DNA of 59,508 bases, the filler included, from Thelocarpon superellum (taxonomy: Eukaryota): the NCBI GenBank assembly GCA_026025795.1. It is 2 parts of 2 records of this genome, joined end to end, with 100 filler letters (N's around TTAATTAATTAA, not from the genome) between each part and the next. Parts side by side here need not be neighbours in the genome. Positions count along the whole stretch, not along the records: positions 29,853 to 59,508 come from JAPEUG010000214.1; 1 more part is not named here. One strand, 5' to 3'. Position numbers and translations under genes: made by a program. The notes under the pieces were generated by a model. That model made no database searches. It had not been told where the DNA came from and saw only the letters and a program-made list of their open reading frames with translations. Below, one piece after another: positions 34,077-46,507 of the stretch; the first letter of the stretch is position 1; every line of letters starts with the position of its first letter.

Positions 34077-34671
34077 CATTCCGAGCGCGTTTCACCATAT
34101 TCGTACCGCCAGGCGCCGTAGGCGGGGCGAGTACGAGATGGGGAACGGGTCCACCAGGAACAACGGACGCGCAGGCCGGCCGGCATCCAGTGGGTCCGCC
34201 GTGCGTCGGCCCTAACGAAAGCTTCGCCCTGACGCGAGAGGGATCCAAGGCAGGGGGGCAGCTGGCGGGAATGGAACGAGCTAACGTAAGTGAGACAGCC
34301 GAAGGGCTCAGGTGAGACAACACCACTAATTCCTCTCCAGCTGACAGCACGCCCCACACTGTGGAAGTGCACTTGCTGCGTATCTGCCGTTCCGATCGTT
34401 ATTCACTAGTTCACGTTTTCTAGCAAGATTCCAGGTCCAATCATGACACGGCCCTTGCATTGGGTGGTCCCAGCGTCGATGTCGCAAGGTTCGAGTGCTG
34501 TGCCCACGGATCAGTCGGTAACCTGGCCGAACATCTATGTAAATAGAGCCGCTCCATGAACAACCCAACCCGAACACGTCCTCTTCCCCAGGCATTCAAT
34601 CTCCATGCGAACGTCATCTGCATGTCCTCTCTCAGTGGAGCCACTTCTTCCACTGTGAAAGCTTGGCCGTC

Positions 34672-36903
34672 ATGTCGTCCTCCATGGGCAACGCCGCCAC
34701 TGCCGCGGACATGGGCGGCTCCATGCCCAGTGCCATGCCCAGTTCCATGCCGTCCATCCTGTCCGATGCGGGCATGGACATGTCCAACTACACCGTGGCC
34801 TCCAACTTTCTCCAAGAAATCCTCGATGACTCGGTGCTGCAATCGTCAGACTTTGCCATCGCCCGCGCGTTTTGGTATGGGATGGTGATTGTGATTGTCC
34901 TCGCCGGCATCTTTCATTGGGGACGTTGGGTGGCGCTAAAGGCACGGTACGCTCACCATCTTTCAATCGTCTTGTCACAGGCTGACGCTCTGGTAGCCTG
35001 CGTGCCGCGGCGGCCAAGCAGCCCCGACCCAGCAGTCCGTCCAATCCCGTAAGCTCTCTCTTCGCCGCCTGCACCGCGGTCGTGCGCGAGGCGACGTACT
35101 ATCAGATCACCCCGTCAAGTTCGAAATGGATTCGGATTCCTCCGTTCGGAATCATCCTCCTTCTTCTGACCTACCTGGGCTATATTCTGGGGCTCGAATT
35201 CTACAATGTCGATATCGCGGGAGCGCAATATTGGCAGGCTCGAGGTCTCCGAGCGGCGTGGATCTCCGTGGCTCAGCTGCCCCTGCTGATCCTCTTGGCC
35301 GGGAAGAACAACCTCATTGGCTATGCGGTGGGCTTGTCCTACGAGCGGCTCCAGGTCTTCCATCGATGGATTGCCCGGATCATGCTCCTGACGGCGACCT
35401 TTCATGGGGGATTCCAATCCTACGGATGGAACCAGTATGGCGTGCTCCAGATTGAGATCAACACGGACACGTGTATCCCGACGGGTGAGCGAGTCACACC
35501 CTTCATGTCCCGATCGAGGAGGCTGATGGAGGATAGGCTTTGCGACGTGGATGATCCTCGTCTGGATGGTGTTCAGCAGCTTCGCCCCGATCCGAAACTT
35601 CCGATACGAGATCTTCCTAGTCCAGCACATCATCAGTTGGATTGGCTTTGTGGTCGCCATCTTCTACCACATTCCTTCCACAGCACTGAGCGCGAGGTAC
35701 GAACGCGCACCCCTGTCATGCAGAGATCCATAGAGTCTTGCTGACCCAGACAGGATCTACGTGTACATCGCCATCGGCTTCTTCGGCCTGGACCGACTGA
35801 CCCGGCTGGCACGGTACGGCATCAACAATGTCAAGCCCGGCCGAGCCACACTGGCCAGTCTACCCGGCGAGGTGACCAAGATCCGAGTACACGCGTCACG
35901 CGTGAAACGCTGGAGCCCAGGCCAACACGTCTTTCTGTCCCTCCCGTCCCTTGGGATGGGCCAATCGCACCCCGCGACCATCGCGTCGACCCCGACCTCG
36001 CACGACGGCGACCTGGTGTTCATCCTGCGGGCGCACCGGGGGTTCACGCTGCGCTGTCTCCGCCAAGCCAACTCAGCCTCCTCGTCCACGACCAGTCTGC
36101 TTCCCAAGGCAGAAGCCACCCTCGACCCTCTCCCATCCACCTCTACTCCTCCGACAGAAGAAACGCACACCGCGCTGATCGACGGGCCGTACGGCGGCTC
36201 ACACAGCGATTTTGGCGCCTTCGACACGGCCGTGCTGATCGCCGGCTCAACAGGGATCACGTTCACGCTGCCCATCCTCCTCAATCTCGCGCACCGCGCC
36301 TCCTCACGCACGCCGCTGCCCTTGCGACGCGTCGTGTTTATGTGGATGATCAAGAGCCGCGCCTACACGGCCTGGATCCGCGACGAGCTGAGCCACGCCG
36401 CCAAGGCCCTCCACGACGCCGGCATCGAGCTCGAGGTCAAAATCCACGTCACCTGTGATCCGTCCTTTTCCGATTCCGACTCCCCGAGCGGTATGTCTGG
36501 CGTGAAAGCCGGCTGCACCTGCGCCCACACCTCTACCGACGGGCCGTGCTGCTGCGACACGTCCAAATCTCCGACCGAGAAGATTGACGCCGTTGCAGCC
36601 ACCACCACCACCACCCCCACCACCATTACTACGTTGACGAGCTCACCGTCGTCAGGTGGTCGTGGTGGTAGTGACGACGAATTAGCACACGCAACATACG
36701 CATCGGGCCGCCCCGCGCTACGAGCGGACCTATGGAGGATTCTGGACCGCGCGGACGGCGAAACGGGCGTGGCGGTGTGTGGGCCGCTAGGTCTCTCCAG
36801 TGCTGTCCGACGCGCCGTTGCCGTTCTGAGTGATCATCGGGGCGCAGCCAAGGGAACGGGGGCGCAGGGAGTCTACTTGCATGCTGAGGGGTTTGCATGG
36901 TGA
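34672..36903 (+). CDS. Ferric/cupric reductase transmembrane component (FRE family)
   Basis: Heme His pairs FHRWIARIMLLTATFHG and QHIISWIGFVVAIFYH, LAGKNN, WSPGQHVFL, SHPAT (FAD), DGPYGG, IAGSTGITF, VCGP and HAEGFAW*; three introns; Met-rich N-terminus. Confidence 0.93.
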
Positions 36904-37426
36904 TTTGGATTTTTTTCTACCTTTCATGCCGAGGGATTTGCGCGGTGATTTGATTCTTATGGGACTCTCTGCTTTTCTCCTCCCTTTTCCTTTTCTGAGG
37001 CTGCGGCGGTAATGTTGTGATGCTGTGACGCGGTCATATAGTGATACGGTGATGGATTATGACGAAGACGAAAGAGAAAACAAATCCCACATATTGGTCA
37101 TAATCGTGATGAAGCGTGAATTGTGAATGGTAAAGTGAGAATCGTGTGTGTGAGTCTTTCTGTCCAGCCCTTCGCGAGTGCTATTGGGACAAGGCACGTT
37201 CTCGCCGTACAGTTTCAGAGTGTGCACGGCCCGTGTCCCATCCATCCGTCCATCTCTCCTCTTCAATGTATCCACCCATCTTCTGCCCACCGGCATCTCA
37301 CGACTTGGCACTTTGTCAGGCCAGTCACCCCGTCGCAAGTCCCGTGTCTCCCGTGTCCACCGTGTCGGTCTCCCTAGTCCCCAGTCCAGTGTCCGCCATG
37401 TCAGTCACGTTATCCATTTACCGCGG

Positions 37427-38481
37427 TCAATACTTGGCCGACCCGTTCACACCGACAGATAGCTTGGTGCGAGCCGGCCCGTTCGCGACCACAGGCAGCT
37501 GGGTGCGGGCCTGGAACGAGTGCTTAGCCTGGGCCAGATCGCCCGCCATGCCCGCCATGGCCATGACCTCTGCGGCGACGACGATGAACGACTTGCCCTG
37601 GGCCATGGGGACGGCGACCTCCGGGGGTCCGAGGGCGAGGCCGGCGTAGGGCTTGTTGTGTTTCTGGATGACGGCCTCGGCCTTGGCTTTGGCCGCGAGG
37701 AAGTCGGGCTCGACGCCCTGGCCCATCTGCGCGGGCAGGTTCATGGACACGCGCAAGTCCAGCGTGCCGATCCACACGGCGTCGATGTCCGGCACTTCCG
37801 TCAAAATGGCATCCAGGTTGTTCACGCCCTCCAACGTCTCGATCTGGACGATGATCGCCGCTTGCTCGTTGAGGTTCTGGTGCAGAGAGCGCGAGGCATC
37901 CACGCTGCCGTCCGTCAGGCCTGGAATGAGGCGGAAGGGAGGCGCAGAGCGTGTCCCCTTGGACTTGGTCCCGTACTTTGCGTACGACACCACTGAGCGC
38001 GCTTGCTCGACTGTGTCGACCTGCGGGATGACCAGGCTAGCTCCGGCGTCGAGCGCGTACCCGATGGCAGCGTGGTCGTGTCCGGGAACACTACGGAGGG
38101 TCAGAGGCCGTTATGCGCGTTCGTCTCGTTGGGACACTTACCGGACAAATGGGATGCTACGGCCCTCGCTCATGAACATGATTTCATGCACCATCTGAAT
38201 CTATTAGCAACGTCACCTTCGTATCGGTCGGAGCTGCTCACGGTGGTCATGGTCTCCACGCCACAGGCAGAATGCTCCCAGTCCACCCACACGACGTCAA
38301 AGTTCATGGGCGCAACGAAGCGTGCAGTGGGCACTGTACTCAGGCCCAGGTAGAGCCCAATTAGCGGCGGGATCTTGCCGTCGTGGGCGTCACGGATCGC
38401 TTGACGGGCCCGATGGGGTTGGAAGAGCGTTGGGGCACGATAGGCAGCCATGCCGGTGGTGGAAGAGAAGTGTTCAGCCAT
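37427..38481 (-). CDS. HpcH/HpaI aldolase/citrate lyase family protein
   Basis: FDVVWVDWEHS, PFVRVPGHDHAAIGYALDAGASLVIPQVDTVEQAR, GTRSAPP, IVQIETLEGVNNLDAIL, DAVWIGTLDLRVSM; two introns. Confidence 0.9.
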
Positions 38482-38732
38482 TGCAATGCTTGAAGCGGAA
38501 GTTGTACCGAGAAAGCTCAAGGGGAGTGGTCGACAGAGCCTGTGGACAGGGTGGGAGAAGTGAGAGGAGATGTGCGAGTGGAAGTGCGGAAGGAAATTTG
38601 AGGATAAGTTCTGGAAGATGTTTGGAGGATGACTTCACATGAGAAGAGCAGCCGTATACTGTGCCCAACGACACGAGACTTCTGATCTGGAGTGAAGACA
38701 GCAACAAGTAACACTCCGCGGGCAGCGCCATC

Positions 38733-38738
38733 TTTATA
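38733..38738 (-). promoter_or_regulatory. Putative TATA box of the HpcH aldolase gene
   Basis: TATAAA on the minus strand about 250 nt upstream of the ATG, followed by a CT-rich leader. Confidence 0.45.
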
Positions 38739-39855
38739 GTTGGCGTTCAGTGGTTGGTAGCGGTGCGTGAATGAAAACCCATCGCCCTCCTGACAGGGGG
38801 TGACGAATTAACACCCTCCCCGCCCCTCGGTTGAAGGTTTACGATGTAAGACGCCAACGTCCAGCTCTGACTGCTCACGGCGCTTCCGACGACTCAGGCC
38901 AATAGTCCATCCATCCTTCTCCTTAATTGATCAGCGCCATCGTAGGCTCGGACCGTACGTGGGTCGAGTGAGACAAAAAGTTTGGCTGGTTCTATGTGGG
39001 GCGACAATATATTGATTAGTAGTCCCTGTCGCCATGGCTGTCGCACAAATTCCCACAAGGGGTCTAGGGTCCTCATGTCAGAAATAAGTCATCCCAACTC
39101 TAGCAATACTGGCACAGTACACTACGGTGCTCGTCCTCAGAATGCCCAGCCCGGCATTGGGGGCGAATGCTCATCCGGGAATGTGAACTGTCGACGGGAG
39201 TCGGATACAACAACACAGACGGATGAGGGGAGTAGCCCTGCGATGCTGGGAGAACCGCGCGATCGGATAAGGCCGAGAAGCTCCGTCATCGTGCAGGAGA
39301 CCGCTTCCGAGCGTTGGGATTAGCAGACTGGTGACTACTCAATGGTGACTAATCAGTCATCTCGTCAGATCTCGCTGGGTCCAGATTCCTGAACAAGCGA
39401 TGGCTTCAATGCAGATACGGAACGCCCAAAGTAATCTTGGCTCGAGCACAAGGCTGGAGCTGTCATGCAGTCATGCAAGGAGTCATCAAGTAGATCAGCG
39501 AATGAGCGGATGAGGTCAGTGGTAAGGAGCGCGTGATTGGTGGCGATATTGTGCCTACGATACGGGTGGTAAGTGGGACAAAACGAGGAAAACGTTACCG
39601 GCGACATCACGTGCATGGGGTGCAGCGAGTCTCGACTGCTGCGGCTCAGCGGAGACGCCAGTGCTGCACTCGTCAACTAGCGACTCCTCATCTCTGACCG
39701 AGTGCCAAGTGCGACGTGCAAGGTGCAAGGCACCGGCTTGAGCAACGGTCGCGGGACCTATCAGAATCCATCCCATGTCGAGCCTCGAATAACCTCACCC
39801 ATCGCCGACGCGCCTGCTGCCCATCCATCGCTGACGAAGCGTACCGCTCGCCGCC

Positions 39856-42800
39856 ATGGCGGCCGCTGCTGCGGTGTCCCAGCCGGACGCTCTGGTCCCT
39901 CCAGACGCGCCCGCCGCCATGGATCCCTCTCTCACGCCCCCTCCAAGCGAGAAGAAGGTTAAGCCTGATGACGCCTCCTCCTCCGACCTGTCCGATCTCG
40001 ACGACGATCCCGATCTTGCCGATGTCGAGCCCGATCATTACTATGAGGGTGGTCGCATCCCCGTTTTCAAGCCGGTCAGTGCCAATCCTTTCGGTCGATC
40101 GCAATGCGCCGAGATCTGTGGCCCGCGCGGATCTGCGTCGTCCATCACCCCACCTCACCCCTCCACCCCATCCATCGGCATACTGACGGGACGCCTCTAG
40201 ACCATGAGTCAATTCCGAAGCTTCAAGGCCTACATTGAGAAGGTTGACAAGTATGGCATGAAATCCGGCATCATCAAAGTCATTCCCCCAAAAGGGTGGT
40301 ATGTTCTGCGCGACACTCCAGCTGCATCGTTCGGCCGCCCTGACCGTCACTGACACATGTCATCTCTGCAGGCGCGATGCCCTTCCCTCGCTCGATGAGG
40401 CCATCAAGAGCATCAAGGTCAAGAATCCCATCACCCAAGAGTTTGAAGGCACCCAAGGCACCTACGTACAGAAGAACATGGAGAAGCAGCGCTCCTACAA
40501 CCTACCACAGTGGAGGGAGTTAAGTGAGGCCAGCAATCATCAACCACCGGCGCGCCGGGGAGAGCGACGACGGAATCAAGAGAAGGTGGTCCGCTCCGGG
40601 CCGAGAACGTCGACGGACGGAGCCACGACGGGACGAAAGCGAGGGCGAGGGAAAGCAGGACGGAACAGCAAAGCTGACGAGTCGACCGAGGCCGCCAGCG
40701 GCGTAACGAAGACCAAGCTCGCCCGCCCATTGACGCCCACCTCACCCGGCGCGAAGCAGGCTCAGGCCGAGGAGGAGGATCTGAAGACGCCGGTAAAGCA
40801 GGATGCCAAGCACACGCCCGTCGAAGAGACGCCCGAAGAGCCCACGTCCGCAACGAAGGGCAGGCAGCCCAAGTCGGTCTCGTCACGACGAAAGAATAAC
40901 CGCCGCGAGGCTGCCGACATCATCGACGAAGCAGCGTTCGCCGATTTCGACTACCGCATCAACAACGCCGACGAATACACGCCGGAGCGCTGCGAAGAGC
41001 TGGAGCGCAGCTACTGGAAGTCCATCACCTACAACAGTCCCATGTACGGCGCCGACATGCCCGGCTCGCTCTTTGACGACTCGACAACGACGTGGAACGT
41101 GGCCAAGCTCGAGAATTTGCTCGATGTGCTGGGACAGAAGATCCCCGGCGTCAACACGGCCTACCTGTACCTGGGCATGTGGAAGAGCACGTTCGCCTGG
41201 CATCTTGAGGATGTCGACCTGTACAGCATCAATTACATTCACTTTGGCGCACCCAAGCAATGGTACAGCATCTCGCAAGAGGACGCGCGGAGGTTTGAAG
41301 CTGCCATGCGAGGTATGGTCGCCCAACAGTCTGGTGAATAATTCGAGCTGACCCACCGCAGATGTCTGGCCGATTCCCGCCAAGGCGTGCAGCCAGTTCC
41401 TGCGACACAAGACCTTCCTCGTCTCTCCCTCCCTGCTCCAGTCCAAATACAACATCCGCGTCAACCGTCTCGTGCACCACGAGGGCGAGTTCGTCATCAC
41501 CTTTCCCTACGGCTACCACTCGGGATATAATCTGGGCTATAACTGTGCCGAATCCGTCAACTTTGCCACCGAGTCGTGGCTTAACTATGGCCGCGTGGCG
41601 AAGAAATGCAACTGCGAGGCCGACAGCGTCTGGGTGGATGTGAACGATATCGAACGGAAGCTCCGAGGGGAAGAGACCGAATACGAGGAGACCGATGCGG
41701 AGGAGGACGACGAGGAGCTGGATGACGACGAAGACGGGACGGAGCGGACGTCGAACCTCCCCACTCCCCCCGAGAGCGTCGAGGGCGTCGAGGGGAAGAC
41801 CAAGCCGCTGCGGCCTCCCAAGCGCAAGCGTGTGCGAGACGGTCTCGATGCCCTCGCCAAGGTGAAGCGGATTCGTCTCAAGGCCAAGCCGCCGGCGCGC
41901 GAGCCGTGCGCGCTGTGTCCGAACGAGATCCCCACGGAACCGCTGCTGCCGACGGACGACGACACCAAGGCGCATCGGCTCTGTGCCCTGTACACCCCCG
42001 AGACCTTCATCGACGCGAGCGACGGGACGGAGAAGGTCAGCAACATGGCCAACATCGACAAGGCTCGGCTGGAGCTCAAGTGCAACTTCTGCCGCTCCAA
42101 GCGGGGCGCCTGTTTCCAGTGCTCGTCCAAGAAGTGCATCCGCGCCTACCACGCCACGTGCGCCGCCGCAGCCGGGGTGCTCGTGGACATGCGAGATGTG
42201 CCGGTGTTTGGCGAGGATGGGATGGAGTACACGGACATCGGGGTGGACTACCGATGCCGCTTCCATCGACCGAAGCGATCGAAGAGTTTGGATGGCGAGA
42301 CGATGGAGGAGAGTGAGTTGATCCAGAACACGGCGCGCGCCTTGAACGTAGGCGAGATTGCGCAGATGCAGTACTACAAGGGCGAGATCTTTGCCGGCGT
42401 GGTGGTGGAGAACCGGCGAACGGAGCGCACGATCGTGGTCGACGTGCTGCCGCGAGGGTAAGTGCCGCGGATGGACGGGAGATGCAGCGTCGCCGCTAAC
42501 CACCTGCCAGGCACCGCGTCGAGGTGGAGTACAAGTGGGTGCTGGCGCTGGACCCGGCGGACTCACATCTGCCGGTGCCCTCGGCCAACGCCAAGCCGTT
42601 GTTGGCGCAGACGCAGCAGTTCCGCAGCACGCTGGTGCGCCCGCGTCGCGAGCGACCGGCCGAGGGTGACGCCTTCTGCGACGCGGATGGGCCGCACGTG
42701 TGGTCGGAGTTCCACTCGCTCGACCTCTCGCGTAATGCGGCGCAGGCGAAGGTGGACCTGGGCAAGGCCAACGCTCTCTGGTACTACCTGGGCGCCGACA

Positions 42801-43789
42801 GCACCGACGCGAAGGCGCGGTATACGGAGGATCCACGGCGTCCTCGCCACAACGCCCTCAGCAACTTCCTGGACTTGGTCAAGCCCCCACCCGCCCCGTC
42901 TCCCACGACCGCCACCCCACGACGCTCGTACCTGGCCCCACGTACCATCCCCGCCCCCATTTCGAGCCGACCCGCGACCGAGGCAAAGCCGGTACCGCCA
43001 CTCCACGCCGCTCCTCCGCCCACCAACGGCAAACATCCCATGGGCCCCCCGGCAGTTCCGCACCGAGACGCGGTCGCATGGCACACCATCCAAGAACAGC
43101 TCCCGGCTGTCCCGGCACCTCGTGTGGCGAGCTTCCTCGAGTCGGGAGGCGCCGGGCCCCCGGGGTCACAACCGCACGCTCACTACTACCCGAGCGGTCA
43201 CGGAGCACGGGCGCCGACCGCGAATATGAGCCGCCAACAAGAGCGGCCGGCTCCGGCTCAGCCGACCGCGGGACCAACCTCGGGGAACCCTCACCCGCGT
43301 CTCTTCCCAGTGGCGAGTGCGAGTGCGATCAACACCAGCTCGGAGTCCGGACAGACGGTCAACGATCCGCGTCGCGCGTCTCAGCCTCGCTCCAGCCCGC
43401 CGCAGCTCGCACAACAGCCGACAACCATCACGACGGCCACCGACCAGGACGCGAACGCGGCCAAGGTCGCCGGAGCCGGGGCAGGAAGCTCTTCCGTGCC
43501 ATACCCGTACGTTCCCTCTGACCACACGCCACCTCCCATCTCTTCTTCTGCTGCGTCCTCTCCTTCTCCCACTCCCGCCGGATCGTACGGTTCCCTGTAC
43601 CCTGACGACGACGAGGATGATACCGTGGTCTTGTCGGCTTTCTTACCAAAATCCCTACCTAGATCCACGTCATCATCTATTTCCGACTCGGTGCACACCG
43701 GCATTACTCCTCGCGCGGACCCTCCTACCATTCTTCTTCCGCAGCCGCAGCAACAGCCGGGTTTGCATGTACCTCCTTCAGCAACCTAG
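39856..43789 (+). CDS. RPH1: JmjN/JmjC histone demethylase, KDM4/Rph1/KdmA family, with PHD-like zinc module
   Basis: JmjN IPVFKP|TMSQF...[13 protein letters not shown]; Jmj[67 protein letters not shown]...AHRLCA...CNFC...GACFQC...YHATCA; four introns; low-complexity tail. Confidence 0.93.
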
Positions 43790-43837
43790 ACGAGGACACG
43801 ATCAGACAGCAAGCCATAGACGAAGACGAAACGCAGC

Positions 43838-43880
43838 GAAAAGGAAAAGGGAAGGAAAAGGGAAGGAAAGAAGGAAGGGA
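43838..43880. repeat. Purine-only low-complexity tract (GGAAAAG-like units)
   Basis: gaaaaggaaaagggaaggaaaagggaaggaaagaaggaaggg in the 3' region of the demethylase gene. Confidence 0.7.
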
Positions 43881-44368
43881 TCGGCGCACGTGTCATACGT
43901 ATCCTTGTCAGGACTGTCGGATTGAGGATCGAGCGTTTCAGGCTGTTTCGAGAGCTCCTTGAAGTTGCGTTCCTTGAAATTGTTGAGCGTTGCGGTGCGT
44001 TGTGGCGGGACGGTGTGGGACGAAGCTCTGAATGGACGTAGTGGCTTCTTCTCCCACGTCGTTAGCCGTTCCTCGCGCTGATAATAGGCTGTGCTTTCTG
44101 CATATTCTGCGGCTGCCGCTATGGCTACTGCAGCTGCTGCAGACGTCGTATCCTAACTCTTACGCTCCGCACCTCCCGTCTCTTCCCTGCTCCCTCTTCC
44201 TCTCTGCCTTTACTACCCCGCTCACGGATGATGCAACCCCCCATCCCACCTCGTGATGAGATTGCTGTGATTTTCACTCATGGCTCTTATGTAATGAAGC
44301 GCAAGATACGAAAGAAACTCACTTCGCTTTTGTCCCCGGCTTTCCACTATCTCTCTCTCCCCTAATCG

Positions 44369-45890
44369 CTACGTCTCCCGCTTATCATCACCACCACCGC
44401 CGCCGCCGCCGCCGCCACCATCACCACCATCGTCACTGACGTAGCCTACACCCTTGACGCCCGCGCTAGAAATCTCGAATTCTACCCCGTCGCCACTTCG
44501 ACCCACGCCTTTCGTCCACGGCGCAAACACAACGTCCATTTTGCGTTTCCACCCGCTGGAAGGGACATGATCTACGCCGCTTCTATCTTCCTTGGTCTTG
44601 GCTTGGCTGGACATGTCAACTGCACTTCTGACTTGCCCCGGCGATGACAGTGGCTGGGCGATTCGATCCAGTTCTGGTACGTGACCTCGATTCCGCGCGG
44701 TTTTGATCAGGGCGATACGTGCGCTGATTTGAAGAGACCAGACGTGCCCGAGTGATGGGGTTTTGGCGTTTGCATTGTGGCTGCTGCTCGTGTACGGCGC
44801 ATTGCCCCATCCAGTGTACCATCTTTGTTGGTGGTCGAGGGTCAGCGGGGTGGGCAAGGTGGAGGAGAGTGGTTGGCTAGAAGGAGTGGGAGTCGAGTGA
44901 GGAAAGGGCGAGGATGGAGGGGCCCGGTGCGAGCCGATTGGGGACGAGGTGGAGAAGGACGGCGGAGGTGGAGGAGCAAAGCGGTCTGCTACTTGGTTGG
45001 CAACGACCACGGCGACATCCTCTGTTCTCGCGAGATCACGCAGCAAGGAGCCCAGACGGACGAGCGAGGCGCTGCGCCGGGCAAAGGTGGCGCCGTCCCC
45101 GCGGGACCCCGACCGTCCGTACTCCGCGCGATAATTGGCTGCTACCGAATCGAGCACGACCAGTCCGACCTTGTGGCGGCGGATGGCCACCGGGAGCTGG
45201 TACTGCAGGATGTGGTCTTGTGATTCGAGATCTGGTACGCTGATGCTCAAGATGTTGGATAGGGTTGGAGATGGTATGCCCGGGGGAAGGGACGTGAGCC
45301 GCGGATGTCGGGTGAGTAGCTGAGTGAGTCGTTGCGTCGAGAGAGGGGCTTCTGTTGAGATATACAGGCTAGGTCGTGCCAGGCCGTGTGGAGATGGAAG
45401 TTGCGCTGCCAGGAGGAGCGTCAGGAGGAATTGGGTTTTTCCTGCGCCGCTGCCAGGCCATCGTGTCAGCCACATCCTCGATCGATAACGCCCGAACAGG
45501 CACCTACCTCTCCCCCGTTATCTCCGTGACGTAGCCCGTCGGGATTCCTCCATTGAGCGCTGTGTCGAGGGTTGAATCAAGGGTGCTGATGAGAGACCAC
45601 CTTTGCACCAGCTCGAATCCATTTCTCTGTTGATGCCCCTCGCGCTCCTCTTCACGCTTGACGTCCTTTACGCCCACGTTACACGCCTCAAGGTCTTGTC
45701 GAAGCAAAGTCACAACTGTACTGGCCAGTCGGCGTATGTCAAGTACGGGGAGTTGTGCGCGCTTGGCAATCTCTACGGCGTCGAGCGTGACCAGGTCCGT
45801 GGTCGTGATGAGGTTCCTCTCCAGGGATGGTAGAAGGTGGGTGAAGGTCTGGGTGGGAAACGCCGGGATGATGTGCAGTAGATCGGTCAT
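44369..45890 (-). CDS. RAD57: RecA-family DNA repair protein Rad57/XRCC3
   Basis: MTDLLHIIP, ISTLDSTLDTALNGGIPTGYVTEITGE|SGAGKTQFLL (Walker A across an intron), LYISTEAPL, LVVLDSVAANYRAE (Walker B), VVVANQVADRF, LDHQQRWYTGWG, KTPSLG. Confidence 0.95.
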
Positions 45891-45907
45891 CTATTCAACT
45901 ACTCGTC

Positions 45908-46009
45908 TTCGCGTCCGTTGTCCCGTTCATGATTCGCGTCCAATGGACATGAAAATCAACTTGATATGCCCACACGAGACCTGGGACGAGTACGTGTTCT
46001 GGCACGCGT
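45908..46009. promoter_or_regulatory. MCB-like elements upstream of RAD57
   Basis: ACGCGT at 46004-46009 and GACGCGAA (minus strand) at 45908-45915 and 45933-45940, all within 120 nt of the ATG. MBF-type sites are typical of DNA repair genes. Confidence 0.45.
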
Positions 46010-46507
46010 GTCGGGACGGTTCCCATAATTCGGTCATACGTCGCAATGTCACACTAACAAACTACCCGCTTCCTTATCCGAGTAGAGAGGGGTCGGGGCG
46101 GACAACCCCACGTTCGGCTCTGGTGGGGCATGTTCCAGGACCCCGCCCTCAGGTCAAGCAGTCCCTCCATCTGGTAGCTCCCAATCTTCCGATCATATAG
46201 TAGACCATATCAAGTCAAGCGTTGTCCCATCGTATCTCCAACGTCCGATCGAGTCTTGCCACCAGCACATGACGGATTCTTCGTCTTTCTCCCTTTAGCC
46301 GGGCGAGAGAGCCAACAAGGAAGGCCGTAGCGACCGCGGAGACAACCACGCGTCCGCCCCCTCGACTTCCACCACGGTCCTTTTGCTCCTTGACCATCCA
46401 CTGTCTTGATCCGTATTCTCAACCCTTACTCCTCAAAGCTCCTACCCCCATACGGATCAACCCTTCAGTTGATTGCCGTTCGGCCATCCCTTGCCCCCAC
46501 CTTCATC

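Noticed and set aside
34051..34080. Short direct repeats as a CRISPR-like array
   Set aside because: Eukaryotic context, 10-bp units without spacers and no cas genes; better explained as transcription-factor sites.
34470..34510. GGTTCGA T-loop-like motif (another at about 59245)
   Set aside because: No cloverleaf, D-arm or acceptor stem around either; not tRNAs.
41229..42836. 535-aa minus-strand ORF, and similar long antisense ORFs (46748-47959, 31784-32683, 3252-4097)
   Set aside because: Shadow frames of GC3-rich real genes on the opposite strand.
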